Assembly (NCBI RefSeq): GCF_006345805.1
Contig: NC_042999.1
Location: forward strand, 152,458,001 to 152,522,000
Length of the DNA: 64,000 bases
From: Octopus sinensis
Taxonomy: Eukaryota
Direction: 5' to 3'
Shown: piece by piece, positions 40,541-53,984 of the stretch
Position numbering within the stretch: position 1 is the stretch's first letter
How the letters are laid out: the number at the start of each line of letters is the position of its first letter
Made by a program: the position numbers and the translations under genes
The notes under the pieces: model-generated
The model's database searches: none
Seen by the model: only the letters and a program-made list of their open reading frames with translations
What the model was told of the DNA's origin: nothing

Positions 40541-40586
40541 CTGTGTGCGTGCGTGTGTGCGCATATGTGTGTGTGTGTGTGTGTGC
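40000..40586. repeat. CT-rich minisatellite then degenerate (GT)n with a ~94-bp higher-order duplication
   Basis: 'gtgtcattg.gtgtgtgtgcgcttgtgtttgtgtgcacg' near 40168 and 40262. Confidence 0.85.
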
Positions 40587-40764
40587 TTTATCCCACTAGC
40601 TTCTTTGATTCTGTGCTAGTTTGTCGCTTTGTCTCTCTGTTGAATGTCTATTATTCAGTAATGACGGCTTTTGTGATCTTTTTCGGGTGGTATGGGTTTC
40701 CAGATTTCTGACTGTCGTCATTTTCGTCATCATGATGAGGATGATGGCGGTGGTGATTTGTTTT

Positions 40765-41288
40765 TTGTGGTGATGGTGGTAGTAGTGGTGGTGGTGATGG
40801 TGATGGTGGTGGTGGTGGTGGTGATGATGGTTGTGGTGGTGGCGGTGGTGGCAGCGTGGATTGTGATGGCGATGCCGGTGATGGTCGTGATAGTTTTGAT
40901 GATGATTGTGATGACGATGATGAGGAGGATGATGATGATGATGATTACGATAGTAGCAATGACAGTGATGGTTGTGGTGATAATGGTGGTGGTGGGTGGG
41001 GGAGGGAGATGATGATGATGATGATGATGAGGACGACGATAATGACGACGACGACTATGACGACGACGACGATGACGATGATGATGATGACGATGATGGC
41101 GATGCGGCGATGACGACGACGACGACGATGACGATGACGATGACGATGATGAGGATGATGATGACAACGATGCGAGGATGATGATGATGGCGGTGGTATT
41201 AGTGGTGATGACGACGACGACGACAACAGTAACGATGACGACGACGATGAGTATGGATGACGATGGAGATGGTGATGGTGATGATGAT
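40765..41288. repeat. Degenerate (GGT/GAT/GAC)n array
   Basis: Direct reading. Confidence 0.9.
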
Positions 41289-41536
41289 TTATCGCATTAT
41301 TTGACGTGACAAATCCCCCACAATCTATGTTTTCCGGTTTTGCTGAAGACGCACTCGATTCAATTGGTAAATAAAATTGCTTATTCTTTATTCTATAGAT
41401 AACATGAAGATGAGAAACAAAACCAGCAACTATTTATGTTGTTATTCTGAAGTGACATCGCTTTCGGTACCTATTTCGTTTAAGGCATAAAATTTCGTTT
41501 AAGGCATAAAAATAACCTTCCAAGTTTGTGAGCTAT

Positions 41537-41657
41537 TTCAGCGATAACGGTATGCTATTGTACACCTATCATACCTTTCAGAGCTAAAGATACCCTATTC
41601 TGTACATATGCTACACTTCAGATATAAAGGTGCTTTATTGTATATCTATGTTACCTT
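41537..41657. repeat. Degenerate 40-bp-period tandem repeat (3 units)
   Basis: 'ttcag' at 41537, 41577 and 41617, each followed by similar ..taa.g.ta..ctatt.....tat..tac. Confidence 0.65.
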
Positions 41658-41747
41658 ATAACCCTTTCACATTCAGATTACTGTCAAATGCTTTGGCTTA
41701 TTTATTCTCATGGTCTTAAATTAATCATACATTATCTTGTAGTTTCT

Positions 41748-42075
41748 AAGGCGGCGAGCTGGCAGAAACGTTAGCACGCCGGGCGAAATGCTCAGCAGTA
41801 TTTCGTTTGTCGCTACGTTCTGAGTTCAAATTCCGCCATGGTCGACTTTGTCCTTTGTTTGTCCTTGTTTGTCCTTTCTGTGTTTAGCCCCTTGTGAGTA
41901 GTAAAGAAATAGGTATTTCGTCTGTCTGCACGTTCTGAGTTCAAATTCCGCCGAAGTCGAGTTTGCCTTTCATCCTTTCGAGGGCGATAAATTAAGTACC
42001 AGTTGCGTACTGGGGTCGATATAATCGAGTGGCCCCCTCCTCCAATATTTCGGGCCTTGTGCCTAGGAGTAGAAA
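41748..42075 (+). mobile_element. SINE family C dimer with target-site duplication
   Basis: TSD acattatcttgtag at 41729-41742 and 42076-42089. Confidence 0.9.
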
Positions 42076-42117
42076 ACATTATCTTGTAGCTTCAGGATTT
42101 CCTATGATGAGATTTAC

Positions 42118-42420
42118 TCTTTTGTCTGTTTCAGTAATTTGACTGCGGCTATGCTGGAGTATCACATTTTAGTCAAACAAATCGACCCCAGGACTTATTC
42201 TTTGTAAGCTTAGTACTTATTCTATCGGAATCTTTTGCCGAACCGCTAAGTTAAGGGGATGTAAACACACTAGCACCGGTTGTCAAGCGATGGTGGTGGT
42301 GGTGGTGGTGGTGGGGCAAACATGTTGGGGTGATCCATTCGACTAAAAATTCTTCAAGGCGGTGTCCCAGTATGGTCGCAGTCTAATGTCTGAATCAAGT
42401 AAGAGATAAAAGAAGATAAA
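42118..42420. mobile_element. Two SINE B 3' fragments in opposite orientation
   Basis: Minus copy 42118-42320, plus copy 42325-42420. Confidence 0.75.
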
Positions 42421-42619
42421 TAAAGCATGAGAACAGTGGTAATCTCTCCCTAGAACACATTCTATTTAAGGATCCTTCATTAAACGTCCGTCTGTCCAAA
42501 TCCTTTTCATAAGTTTGTCCAAACCGTCAATCCTTTATTACAGATTTTTCCTCTGTCCTTGGTTCATACATTCTAAGTAACATAAAATTTTCCTTTCATA
42601 AATCCCGTGTTACTCTGGT

Positions 42620-43184
42620 GAATATGCGTGGCTAGGTGGTTAGGGTGTTTGGCTCACGATCTTAAAGTCGTGAGTTCCATTCCCAGTGATGTATTGTGTC
42701 TTTGAGCAAAACACTTTATTTCACGTTGCTCCAGTCCACTAAGCTGGCCAAATTGAGCCGTGCCTGTATTTCAATGGTTCACGCTAAATTTCATGAGAAC
42801 TACGTGAAGAGTACGCATGTCTGTGGAGTGCTCAGCCACTTGCAGGATAAATTCATGAGCAAAAGCAGCGAGCGGGCAGAATCGTTAGCACGCCGGGCAG
42901 AATGCTTAAGAGTATTTCGTCTGCTGTTACATTCTGAGTTCAAATTCCACCGAGGTTGACTTTGCTTTTCATCCTTTTCTAGGTCGATAAATTAAGTACT
43001 ATTTGCGTACTGGGTCGATCTAATCGACATGCCCTCTTCCTCCAAAATTTTGGGCCTTGTGCCTAGAGTAGAAAACGATAACTTCATGAGCAGGCTGTTC
43101 CGTTCATCAGATCAACTGGAATACACGTCCTCGTAACCGACGAAGAGCCAGGCTGCTCTGGTGGTTGAGAAAAAATGGGAATAT
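42620..43184 (+). mobile_element. Composite SINE: family C nested in family A
   Basis: C flanked by ttcatgagca (42852-42861 and 43083-43092); extended tail 'ggctgctctggtggttg..atgggaatatg'. Confidence 0.85.
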
Positions 43185-43577
43185 GCGGCATATGTGATGC
43201 ACGGACACCAGGAAAATATATTGTGTGTATCACATATAATGGACAGGACAGGCAAATGTTGAAATGGTTTTGTCATCAGTGCTGTACTGACAAACACCTG
43301 AGCAAAAATCTCACTCGTTTGAAACAGAGAAGACAACTTTTGATCCGGATTGAATAAGCACATTGATAATGTCTCTCAGTGAACAGTCTGATAAATGCTT
43401 TTGAAAGTATTATCTAGAAAAGGGCTCCGAAATTTATTGAATCAAGAGGAGGCTAAGTTGTTGCTTGTAGGGAGTGTTTTTTTTTCTTCAGCCCTAGCCT
43501 CATAAGGCCGGTTTCCATGGCATATGAATGATCGAGATCGCAACGTTCACCCTAAACTGACGTCGGTTCGTTGCAGG

Positions 43578-44022
43578 GTCCAAGGCGAAATATTTTGAGG
43601 CGGGGGTGGGGTGGGAGAACAAGTCGATTACATCGACTCCAGTAATTGACTTGTATTATATTTTGTTAACCCCGAAGGAAGAAAAGACAATGCTAAGCGC
43701 GGTGGGATTTGAACTCGCGATATAAAGAGCCGAAAGAAATGTCGCAAAATATTTTCTCCAACGTGCTAACTATTCTTACTGGTCGCCACCTTGAACGTCA
43801 ATATATATTTTTTTACTGCCCACAAGGGGCTAAACATAGAGGGGACAGACGAAGGGATTGAGTCGATTATATCGCTCCCAGTGCGAAACTGGTACTTTAT
43901 TTATCGACCCCGAAAGGATGAAAGGCAAAGTTGACCTCGGCGGAATTTGAACTCACAACGTAACGCAGACGAAATACCGCTGAGCATTTCGCCCGGCGCG
44001 CTAACGTGTCTGCTAGCTCGCC
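43578..44022 (-). mobile_element. Two SINE family C copies
   Basis: Reverse complement of family C. Confidence 0.8.
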
Positions 44023-44061
44023 GAAACCAAAAAATTACAGATTCGTTGGTGACAATTCCAC

Positions 44062-44250
44062 TGGTGGTACGGAGTTATGAAATCGTCATAAGGAGTGGAA
44101 CGCGACAAGATCGCGTCGTAGCGACGTGGCTATGGTATATATAAGCTGGTTAAATATAAACCAAACCGTAAAATTTCTGCAACACGGTGTATTCTAATAA
44201 ATTGTGTAGAATGTAATAAGACTGGTATTGGCAGCAATATTCCCACAATA
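44062..44250 (+). mobile_element. Possible decayed solo LTR
   Basis: TG-like start, TATATAAG, AATAAA and a 'cccacaa' end in the order expected for a short LTR; no TSD seen. Confidence 0.3.
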
Positions 44251-44576
44251 CCTTCAAATATTAGAGATCACGTGACTAATGGCAACCTCATTTCTAAAAG
44301 ACATCTCAACAATACAGATTTCATCAATGCTGTCGATAGAATTGTCAATAACTCGTGTATAATAGAAGCAATAATTATTCAGCGTCTTACAACCACATAT
44401 TAACAATAGTCACGAGCTTTCAAACTCTAGGCAGTTTATTGATTCGAATACTGCAACCCAAATATCAATGAACATCTCTGCGCATGCTCCAACATTATAC
44501 ATTTGATTTACTGTTTACTTCTCCTCTCAAGCGAAAGCGCGTGGCTTAATTGTTAGGGTCTTGGGTCCAACATCTA

Positions 44577-44898
44577 CATATTCCCATTTTTTTTTCAACC
44601 ACCAGAGCAGCCTTGCTCTCTGTCGGTTACGAGGACATGCGTTCCAGTTGATCCGATCAACGGAACAGCCTGCTCATGAAGTTATCTTTTTCTACTCTAG
44701 GCACACGGCCCAGAATTTTGGGGGAGGAGGCATGTCAATTAGATCGACCCCAGTATGCAACTGGTACTTAATTCATCGACCCCGAAAGGATGAAAAGCAA
44801 AGTCGACCTCGGCGGAATTTGAACTCAGAACGAAATACCGCTAAGCATTCCGCCTGTCGTGCTAACGATTCTGCCAGCTCGCCGCCTTTGCTCATGAA
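44577..44898 (-). mobile_element. Second copy of the C-in-A composite SINE (5'-truncated), inserted in another A-type SINE
   Basis: Same tgctcatgaa duplication (44671-44680 and 44889-44898) and same extended tail as 42620-43184. Confidence 0.85.
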
Positions 44899-45498
44899 GG
44901 AATCATGCTTTGTGTCCTTGATGAAGGCACTTCGTTTCACATTGAGCCCGTACACACAGCCGAAAATGAATCCCAGTGGCATCAGAGATAAACCCTGCAC
45001 TGGGCTTGTGCCCTATATTGACTTGGCCCTCAGCCTAAACTCTTGAGAATCTTTGTTACAAACGCATCAGTACGACAAGACACGGCTTCGAGTAAACTAG
45101 AGTTGTAACTTATACAAATGGTTTTGTATTTCCCTCGAGACAACGGCATTGACAATATTACACCCAACAGTGCTTTATGAAATTGTGTGCTAAAATGATG
45201 TTATGAATATTTAACGCTTCTTCTTTCTGACAATGAGAAACTAGATATGAAAATTAATTAATTAATAATAATAGCAACAAAAGATAATAACAATAGCAAT
45301 AATAATAATAATTTCTATTCTACGATAGATCTGAAATTTGCGAGTAGGGGCTTAATTGATTACATTGATCCTAGTTCTTGACTAGCACATTTTTTATCGA
45401 ACTCGTGACGATGAAATTCAAAGTCGACTTCGGCAAAATTTCAGCTCATGAAATTGGGAACGTGCTCGTCTCCGTCTTGGATGAGAATACAATAAAGC

Positions 45499-45600
<102 letters not shown>

Positions 45601-45605
45601 GCATG

Positions 45606-45636
<31 letters not shown>

Positions 45637-46212
45637 GTATGTATGTATTATGTATGTATTGTATGTATGTATATACGCAGATATATGTACGTGTATAAAC
45701 TTATATATGTTTCGGCGAAGATCGACCCAGAGCATGTCTACTTAAATAACACCAAATGATTGAACCTACAAGTCACGTTTTGTGGTATAATAGCCATTTC
45801 ACGTGGGAAGCTATTGTTGTTGAATGAGGTGATCCAGGTATAGGTGGCTACCTGGTATATCTTGCAGAAATTTGTCCAGGTATCGTGTGAAGGCGATATA
45901 TCTTTTTCTTCTTTGCTTTGTGATAATATTAAATCAATGAGGACCTAATGAGTTAAATAACTATGTAAGCATGAGCATGAATGGGTAGAGAGATAATGGC
46001 ACGGGCTTCAAGCCTTAGGTGAATCCCGAACTTGATTTTAAATGTCCTTTGGACAATGGTGGTGATATATTCTCCGAATTGTGCAAAAAAATGTACCATT
46101 TTCGACAGCGTTGGAGGGAATATGTATGTGTCTATGTGCATGTACATATACTTGTAAACACACACATTCATACATACACACATACATATATATATTATAT
46201 ATATATATAGTT

Positions 46213-46301
<89 letters not shown>

Positions 46302-46986
46302 GCAAAATATATGTACATACATACAAACATACATGCATACACACAAATTGAGAAAGAAATAAAGAGGAAGCAAATGAAAAACTGGAAATGGTAATATAGA
46401 ATAAAGGAATGAAAATGGAAAAACCAAATATAAACAAGAAGATTTAAATATACGAAACGAAATGAATATGGATAATAAAAGAAATAAAAAATATGCTCAA
46501 AATAAATTCATCAAAGTAAAAAAATGTAGAAAACTAGGAAGGGATGAAAAAGCAAAAAAAAAAAAAAATGTAAAATGAAAAAATAGGAGTAAAATTGAAA
46601 AGGAAGTATGAACGAAAGGCAAGGGAAAATATAATAAATGAGAAAACTTACTGGCAGACGATCGTTTTTAGTGAAATCTGGATGGAGAAAAACTGTAAGT
46701 TTTTTCCTTTCTTTTTACTTAAAGGTATTAAAAAGATCCATAAAGAAAATGTATTTGAAGAAAAAGTATATAAATATATAAAATGATGTAAAATCTGTAC
46801 TTACATGAATTAATAATGATGTCTATGAAGAGAATAAGATGGAGCTAAATATGAAGTGAAGGATTCATTCAGTTGGTTGATTTGACGAGAAAGTAGAATC
46901 AAGATGTTAGATTTACTGATGGTGTGGGAGATTGTGATGGTTGCAATGGTTTTGGTATTAGTGTTTGTGGTGGTATTGACTATAGA

Positions 46987-47402
46987 AAGGCGGCGAGTTG
47001 GCAGAAGCTTTAGCACGCCGGGCGAAATGCATAGCCGTATTTCATCTGCCGCTACGTTCTGAGTTCAAATTCCGCCGAGGTCGACTTTGTCTTTCATCCT
47101 TTCGGAGTCGATAAATTAAGTACAGTTACGCACTGGGGTCGATGTAATCGACTTAACCCCTTTATCTGTCCTTGTTTGTCCTCTTTGTGTTTAGCCCCTT
47201 GTGGGTAGTAAAGAAATAGGTATTTCGTCTGCCGTTACGTTCTGAGTTCAAATTCCACCGAGGTCGACTTTGCCTTTCATCCTTTCGGGGTTGATAAATT
47301 AAGTAGCAGGTACGCACTGGGGTCGATGTAATCGACTTAACCCCTTTGTCTATCCTTGTTTGTCCCCTCTATGTTTAGCCCCTTGTGAGCAATAAAGAAA
47401 TA
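46987..47402 (+). mobile_element. Young SINE family C dimer with 15-bp TSD
   Basis: TSD ggtattgactataga at 46972-46986 and 47403-47417. Confidence 0.92.
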
Positions 47403-48195
47403 GGTATTGACTATAGACTGTGTAGGCGGTTGTGGTTGGTGTTGTTAGTTGCAGTAGTTGGTTGTTGGTTGCGTAGATGGTGCTACTGCTTGTGTTGATA
47501 ATAGTGTCGGTGTTAGTAATGGTGCTTATATAGTGGTGGTAGTTATATTTGTGGTTGTGGTGATGGTTACATTGAAGCTGGTCGTTGCAGTGAGATGCTA
47601 GCTGTAGTACTGGTGGTGGTTGTAGTTGTGGTGTTAATGTTTGTTGTATAGAAGATAGTGATAGTAATATTGGCGGAGTGGAGGCATTTCTTGTGGTGAT
47701 GGTCGTGGATGCATTGATGGTAATGCTATTAGTTCAAGGAGTTAAACTGAGCTCCGTTTTCAATTGGTCTTCAAGACGAAAGAATCCTTGTTCAACAAAT
47801 TTGTAATGTTAATATTTTCGCAGTATAAATACTTGCAACACCTTTCACACGGCTTCAATGTCCTTAAAAGTGCTTTTAACCGTGTGTGACGGCGGTTACA
47901 GGCAAAAGCTTGGTTTAGATTTAGTTTGTAATGTGACATGACAATTTATCACTGTAGAGAATCTTGGAAAGAGTACCCAACCGCTTGGTAACACGTGTTG
48001 GTTTGTTTAAATGCTTGTAAATTAGCGGTTCATCAAAAGAGAAACGCTAGAATAAGGGCTAAACTTTAAAACATGAACTGAGGTTGATTTGCTTGGCTTA
48101 ACTTTTCAAGGCAGTATCCCAGTATGGTCGCATCTTAGCGATTGAAACATGTGAAAGGCATCATACAAGCGTACATACGATAGTACACACACATG

Positions 48196-48255
<60 letters not shown>

Positions 48256-48256
48256 T

Positions 48257-48930
48257 TCGGTCATCCTATAAATAATGCGGTTTTTTATACTTTTATTTTT
48301 CAATATGATGATAAAGTTCCTTTTAATCTAAAATATACTCTCCTTCATTTACTGCAATGCTCTTCCACCAATCTGGTAGACTTGCAAGGCCGCCTCTTCT
48401 AAAATACACTCGTCCGTGACGGAAAATACTCCCCCAGTGCTGTTCTGAACTCGTCTACAGAATTCATAACTTTTCCGTCCAAATGGTTTTGAAGACTCCA
48501 GAATAAATGATAATCAGATGGGGCAAAGGTCCGCCGAATATAGTGGGTGAGGCATCGCTTTCCATTCAAACTCCCCCAGCCATTGGAATGTTATCTTCGC
48601 TGTATATGACCGAGCATTATCCTGATAGAAGAACACCTTTCATCTTGAAGCCAAAGATGGTTATTTCTCTTGCAGCGTTGATTTAAGCCGCATAAGCTGC
48701 TCGTAGTAGATCTCATTTGTTATCGTTTAGTTTGGGTTTAAAAGTGCAAAGTGGACTAAACCTTTCATAAACCAGCAAACAGAATACATCACCTAGCGTG
48801 GATGAAGGCCCTCTTTAGCCTGGGGTGCTGGTGTTCCTCCTTTCCCTACTCAAAATCTTCGACGCTTCACATTTTTATAGAGAAGTCATTTTTCGTCATC
48901 AGTCACTGTTCAGTCCGAAAAAGGTTTCTG
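48257..48930 (-). mobile_element. Decayed mariner transposase 3' portion with one TIR
   Basis: Minus strand QDNARSYTA...MPHPLYSADL/APSDYHLFWSLQNHLDG; TIR-like 'ggtcatcctataaataatgcgg'. Confidence 0.8.
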
Positions 48931-49068
48931 AATTAGGTAGGGCACGTATGGTCCGTGGTCCTGGCCTTGGATGAATTTAATGAAGCTAATGCTGAGGTCG
49001 TTTGAGCAATGCTGACGGTATATTCTCCACATCGTGCAAATGTTGTATCGCTCATATATAATAATATA

Positions 49069-49107
<39 letters not shown>

Positions 49108-49114
<7 letters not shown>

Positions 49115-49345
49115 CGTCCACTCGCGATTAAGGAAGACAATTGCTGACCTTTAGGAACAGGTGTACGCCCTAGGACTAACTTATATTTTGCCTTTGCGGC
49201 TCCGCTGGTGGCTAATGAGCCCTGCTCTTGACAAGTGTACACGACTTCAAACATTGCAAACCAAGCTTCCCCCAATCACTGCGCTAGCAGTGCGCTTTCG
49301 AGCAGCATGCTTAAATTCTTCATGCAGAATACGTGTTTTGTCAAT
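49108..49345 (-). mobile_element. RTE-clade LINE 3' end
   Basis: LVCNV*SRVHLSRAGLISHQRS (C-terminal zinc-finger remnant), short 3' UTR abutting (TA)n. Confidence 0.7.
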
Positions 49346-49686
49346 TTGTCAATCTGTCAATACGTGTTCTGTCACATTACAATTTGACAGAATTTAACCT
49401 ACTTCCTTCTTTTGTGGCGATGACAAGCATTGCCCTCCCAGTCAGTCTCCTGCATATAATGAGGACTTGACACAGTCCTTAAATCGTAGCCTTGGTTTCT
49501 GCCGGGATCTCTTTCCACTACATACATACATGCAAGTTTACACACACATACAATCACGTACACACAAATAGATGCACACATTTACACACACACACATATA
49601 TTATATACTTGGTATTTGTTGTTTTCTTAAAATATGAAAAGAAGCTGAGACTTTTCCTTCCATTTATGTTACAGCTTTCGTCTCTT

Positions 49687-49721
49687 CTGAGGAGACGAGA
49701 GTCGAAACATCTGGCCATGTT
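49687..49721 (+). ncRNA. Hammerhead core with intact boxes, weak stem I
   Basis: CUGAGGA-GAC-gaga-GUC-GAAA-CAU-cuggcc-AUG-UU. Confidence 0.5.
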
Positions 49722-50079
49722 ACACGAAGATAAAGAGATAGAAAAGCAGATAGGCAGGTAAATTTGCAGCTAAGTACTTAGAAATACATCAGCAGAAATA
49801 TTTGCTGGCAGATAAGAATGTGTGGCGGCAGGTTGATTAGTTAGCAGGTAAATATTATGTGGTGAGGTAGGTAAGTAGATCGGGTGGTACTTAGGCATAT
49901 AAAATATACCATACATGTTGATTCAGAATTCAGAATTATTCACAAGAACACAGAATTATTGTAAATCTTATGATTTTGATAAACATGGCGGCGATGATCT
50001 ATTATATTCATATGTCGTATTGAGGAGGGTGGAGTAGATGAAAATAAAACAACAACATAGTATTACTATATGCTATGAG

Positions 50080-50247
50080 AATTATGATGATAGTACTGAT
50101 GATGATGATGAAGATAATGACGGTGATGATGATGATGGTGAATGTGATGATGATAATGATGGTGATGATGATGATGATGATGAAGATGACGATGATGATG
50201 TTGATGATGATGATGATAACGAAAAATTGCTGGGGTGGAAACAACAG

Positions 50248-50284
<37 letters not shown>

Positions 50285-50591
50285 AATGGCGACAATAATG
50301 ATGACGATGATGATGATCACAATGCAAACGTTGTGCTCATTAGATTCATACTGCTGCTGCTGCTGATGATGATGACAATGATGACGATGACAGCAACAAC
50401 GATGATGATGACGATGATGGCGATGATGATGACGATGACAATGATGATAATGGCGATGACGAAGACGATGATGATGATAATGATGTGGATGATGATGATG
50501 ATTATGATGATTCTTGTTGATGTCAATGGTGATCCTGATGGTCATGTTGTGATTGTTATTATTATTATTATCATCATCATCATCATCATCA

Positions 50592-50623
<32 letters not shown>

Positions 50624-50629
50624 TTATCA

Positions 50630-50676
<47 letters not shown>

Positions 50677-50695
50677 TATTTCATCATCATTATTA

Positions 50696-50754
<59 letters not shown>

Positions 50755-50755
50755 G
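50080..50755. repeat. Compound (GAT)/(CTA)/(TAT)n arrays
   Basis: Direct reading. Confidence 0.9.
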
Positions 50756-51458
50756 TCTTTGTTAAATAAGCAATAAGAAATATCTGCAAGCTGCTTTTTA
50801 GCTGTACAGATTTTTATCTTTTACAGAAATATTTTCAAGTTAAGTAAAAAAGAAAAAAAAAAAAAGAAGAAAAAAAGCAGACGATAAACGGAAACCTAAA
50901 TTCACAGCACAATAGGAAAAGAAACGAAAAGATGAAACAATATTTCAGTTTTCATTACCAAACACATATTGCAAGAATGTGTGTGTGTGTGTATATATGT
51001 GTATTTGTATTTGTATGAATGAGATGTTTCTGTCTATATTTGTGTCTGTGTCAACGTAAGGGTTTAAGTGTGTGTGTGTGTGTGTGTGTGAGTGATTGTG
51101 CATGTGCCTTGGTGTTCCTTCTTTAAGTCGGCGCCAGGTTAAAGAGCAGAATTTTAATCTGGCTTAATCTTTAATTCACGTGGTATTTCTCCCAGCACCG
51201 AATCCAGTTTAAAAAAAAAAAATATAAATATTCTTAAATATATAGATAAAAATTAAAAACAAGTAAATAAATTAATAAATGAATGAATAAGAAATAAAAG
51301 TAGTATTGAACAATAAGAAATAAAAAATAAAAAACCTTCAACAATAGCAAAAGTAATGAATAAAAATGAAACTAAAACCAACAAAGACGGCGATGATGAT
51401 GACAATGATGATGATGATGATTATGATGATGATGGTGATGATGGTGATGATGATAAAA

Positions 51459-51490
<32 letters not shown>

Positions 51491-51546
51491 CTATAAGAAC
51501 TTACTTGCTCTATTCATTCGTCTTATTCCCTTCTTACAACACATGG

Positions 51547-51617
<71 letters not shown>

Positions 51618-51759
51618 GGGTGCGGACGTATGTATGTCATTTGATACGTACTTGTGTATGTGTATATATACATGTATACATATATATAAATATATACATT
51701 TATACATCTATCTATATATATATACATATATACACACACACATATACACATGCACACAG

Positions 51760-51799
<40 letters not shown>

Positions 51800-51869
51800 G
51801 GGTGTATGTGTATATGTGTGTGTGTATATATATAGAGAGAGAGATAGAGAGAGATAGAGAAAGAATAAG

Positions 51870-51925
<56 letters not shown>

Positions 51926-52288
51926 GATAGATAGAGATAGATAGATAGACAGATAGATACAAAAATAGATAGATGGAAATGTGGGGAAAGAGGAAGGGGA
52001 GAGGACGGCAACAAAGGAAAAAGAAAGAGAAATAGAATGATGAAAGGGAGACAGAAATTTTTTCGCTCCGTTCAATTTTGAAAAATTTGTTGCTGTTGAT
52101 GTGTTACCGATGATGTGGTGGTGAATATTCATTTTTTCATACATGTGCTATTGTTTTCTTGCTAGTGTACTTGTATGTATGTCTGTTCCTTTACGATATA
52201 TATATATTATCTATATATATATATATATAATATATATATATATATTATATATTATATATTCATATATAAACATAAATATATCAACATA

Positions 52289-52347
<59 letters not shown>

Positions 52348-52590
52348 ATATATATATATATAAATATATTTTATATATATAGATATACATACGTTGGTGT
52401 GTAGTGAATATTTGCAATTATGCGTATATATGTGTTTTGTTATATTCATTTATCTTTATCTAAAGGAGATTAAAATCTCTTGGGTAAGATGTGTGGGGTT
52501 GAATAGGGAGAAAATCCTTCTAGATTATTGCAGATTGAAAGAGTGAAATATGTATGTATATCTAGATATGAATATGTATATGCATATGTA

Positions 52591-52653
<63 letters not shown>

Positions 52654-52663
52654 CATATTTTAT

Positions 52664-52717
<54 letters not shown>

Positions 52718-52879
52718 GCATATGTGTATATATATATATATATGTATATGTATGTATATGCCTAGAAAATGCATACATGCTTGTGTGAAGAAATAATTTC
52801 ATATGAGCATTAATGAAATCATATAAACAAACACATATTGATATATATACTTGTATGTATATATATAAAGACGGGAATA

Positions 52880-53085
52880 TAGGCATGGCTGTTTGGTAAA
52901 AAGCTTGCTTAGTAACAAGAAGATCCTGGGTTCAGTCCAACTGTAAGTTTCCTTGGGAAGTTATCTTCAACTATAATCTCCAGCCAACCAAAGCCTTCTG
53001 AGTAGATTTGAAACCAAAGCCGTCTGAGTGGATTTGAAACTGCAAGAAGTTCGTCGTATATAAATGTGTGTATGCGACGTACGCG
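52880..53085 (+). mobile_element. SINE family B 5' half with a 26-bp internal duplication
   Basis: 'ccaaagcc.tctgagt.gatttgaaa' twice. Confidence 0.75.
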
Positions 53086-53104
53086 TGTGTTTGTGTGTTT
53101 AGAA

Positions 53105-53519
53105 GGATATATTATTCGGGCGGATACCTTGGTAGCTCTCAGTTATGTACCAGCTTACGGCTAACCGCATCAATTAGTATTTAACGTCTATGACTGCTAG
53201 GAGTTATCGCTCACGCTGTAAACTCCTCCGATGGGTAATTCAGTGTTCGCTTCACTTGATGGTAATATTTTCTGGAGTGTATATTTGCAATAATTCTAAC
53301 GATGGAGAATGGTACATCCTCAAAATTTATTTCCTTTTATTTTACGTATGTCATACAGTATATGTTTATGGTTACGACTACCTATGCCCGGTTGCTTATG
53401 CAACTGCTTATACTCTGTGCAGCGAAAACACGTGTAGGTCATCGTAACTATAAAAATATGATGTATATTATACCGTAAAACAAAGGGAAATAAAGTTTGA
53501 CGATGTACCAGTTGTATCG

Positions 53520-53520
<1 letters not shown>
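53105..53520 (+). mobile_element. Penelope-type terminal-repeat fragment (homologous to 55700-56090)
   Basis: Shared blocks 'ttacggctaacc', 'tccgatgggtaattc', 'gtacatcc.caaaatttattt', 'aaacacgtgtaggtcat'. Confidence 0.6.
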
Positions 53521-53574
<54 letters not shown>

Positions 53575-53578
53575 AATC

Positions 53579-53947
53579 TCCGATTTTAAGCGAGATTGGT
53601 CCGAACGATTGACTGGAAAAGGAAGAGCTAACCTAGGCCAGAATCGATCCCACAACTCAACGCTGAAATGGCTCATTGCGCAACCGATTGAGTCAACACG
53701 CTAACTCATCAAATGCAGCCAAATTATATGTATAGATACTTACAAAGCCTTCGGGTTTGTTTACAAATATTATATGTTGTACTAGACAGTTATGTATCTA
53801 TATCTGGCTGAATTTGATGGGTGGGTGTGTTGGCTCAATCGGATGCGTAAGGAGCCATGTAAGCATTGATTTGTGAGTTCGATTCTGGCCTGGATTATCT
53901 CATCATTTTTCAGTCAATCGTTTAGATAAATGTTACTTTAAATCGGA
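53579..53947. repeat. Diverged inverted pair of a tRNA-like element (53579-53739 minus, 53794-53947 plus)
   Basis: A box tggctcaatcgg (53831) and B box gttcgattc (53877); reverse-complement homolog on the left. Confidence 0.75.
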
Positions 53948-53984
53948 ATATATATACTTTTATTATAGTTCTTATTGTATAAAA

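Noticed and set aside
41537-41657. CRISPR-like repeat-spacer array
   Set aside because: Units are wholly degenerate tandem copies without unique spacers, in a eukaryotic context with no cas genes
43175-43357. PHD-finger-like peptide (CGIC...WFCHQC)
   Set aside because: The central C/H ligands are absent and the start overlaps the composite SINE tail
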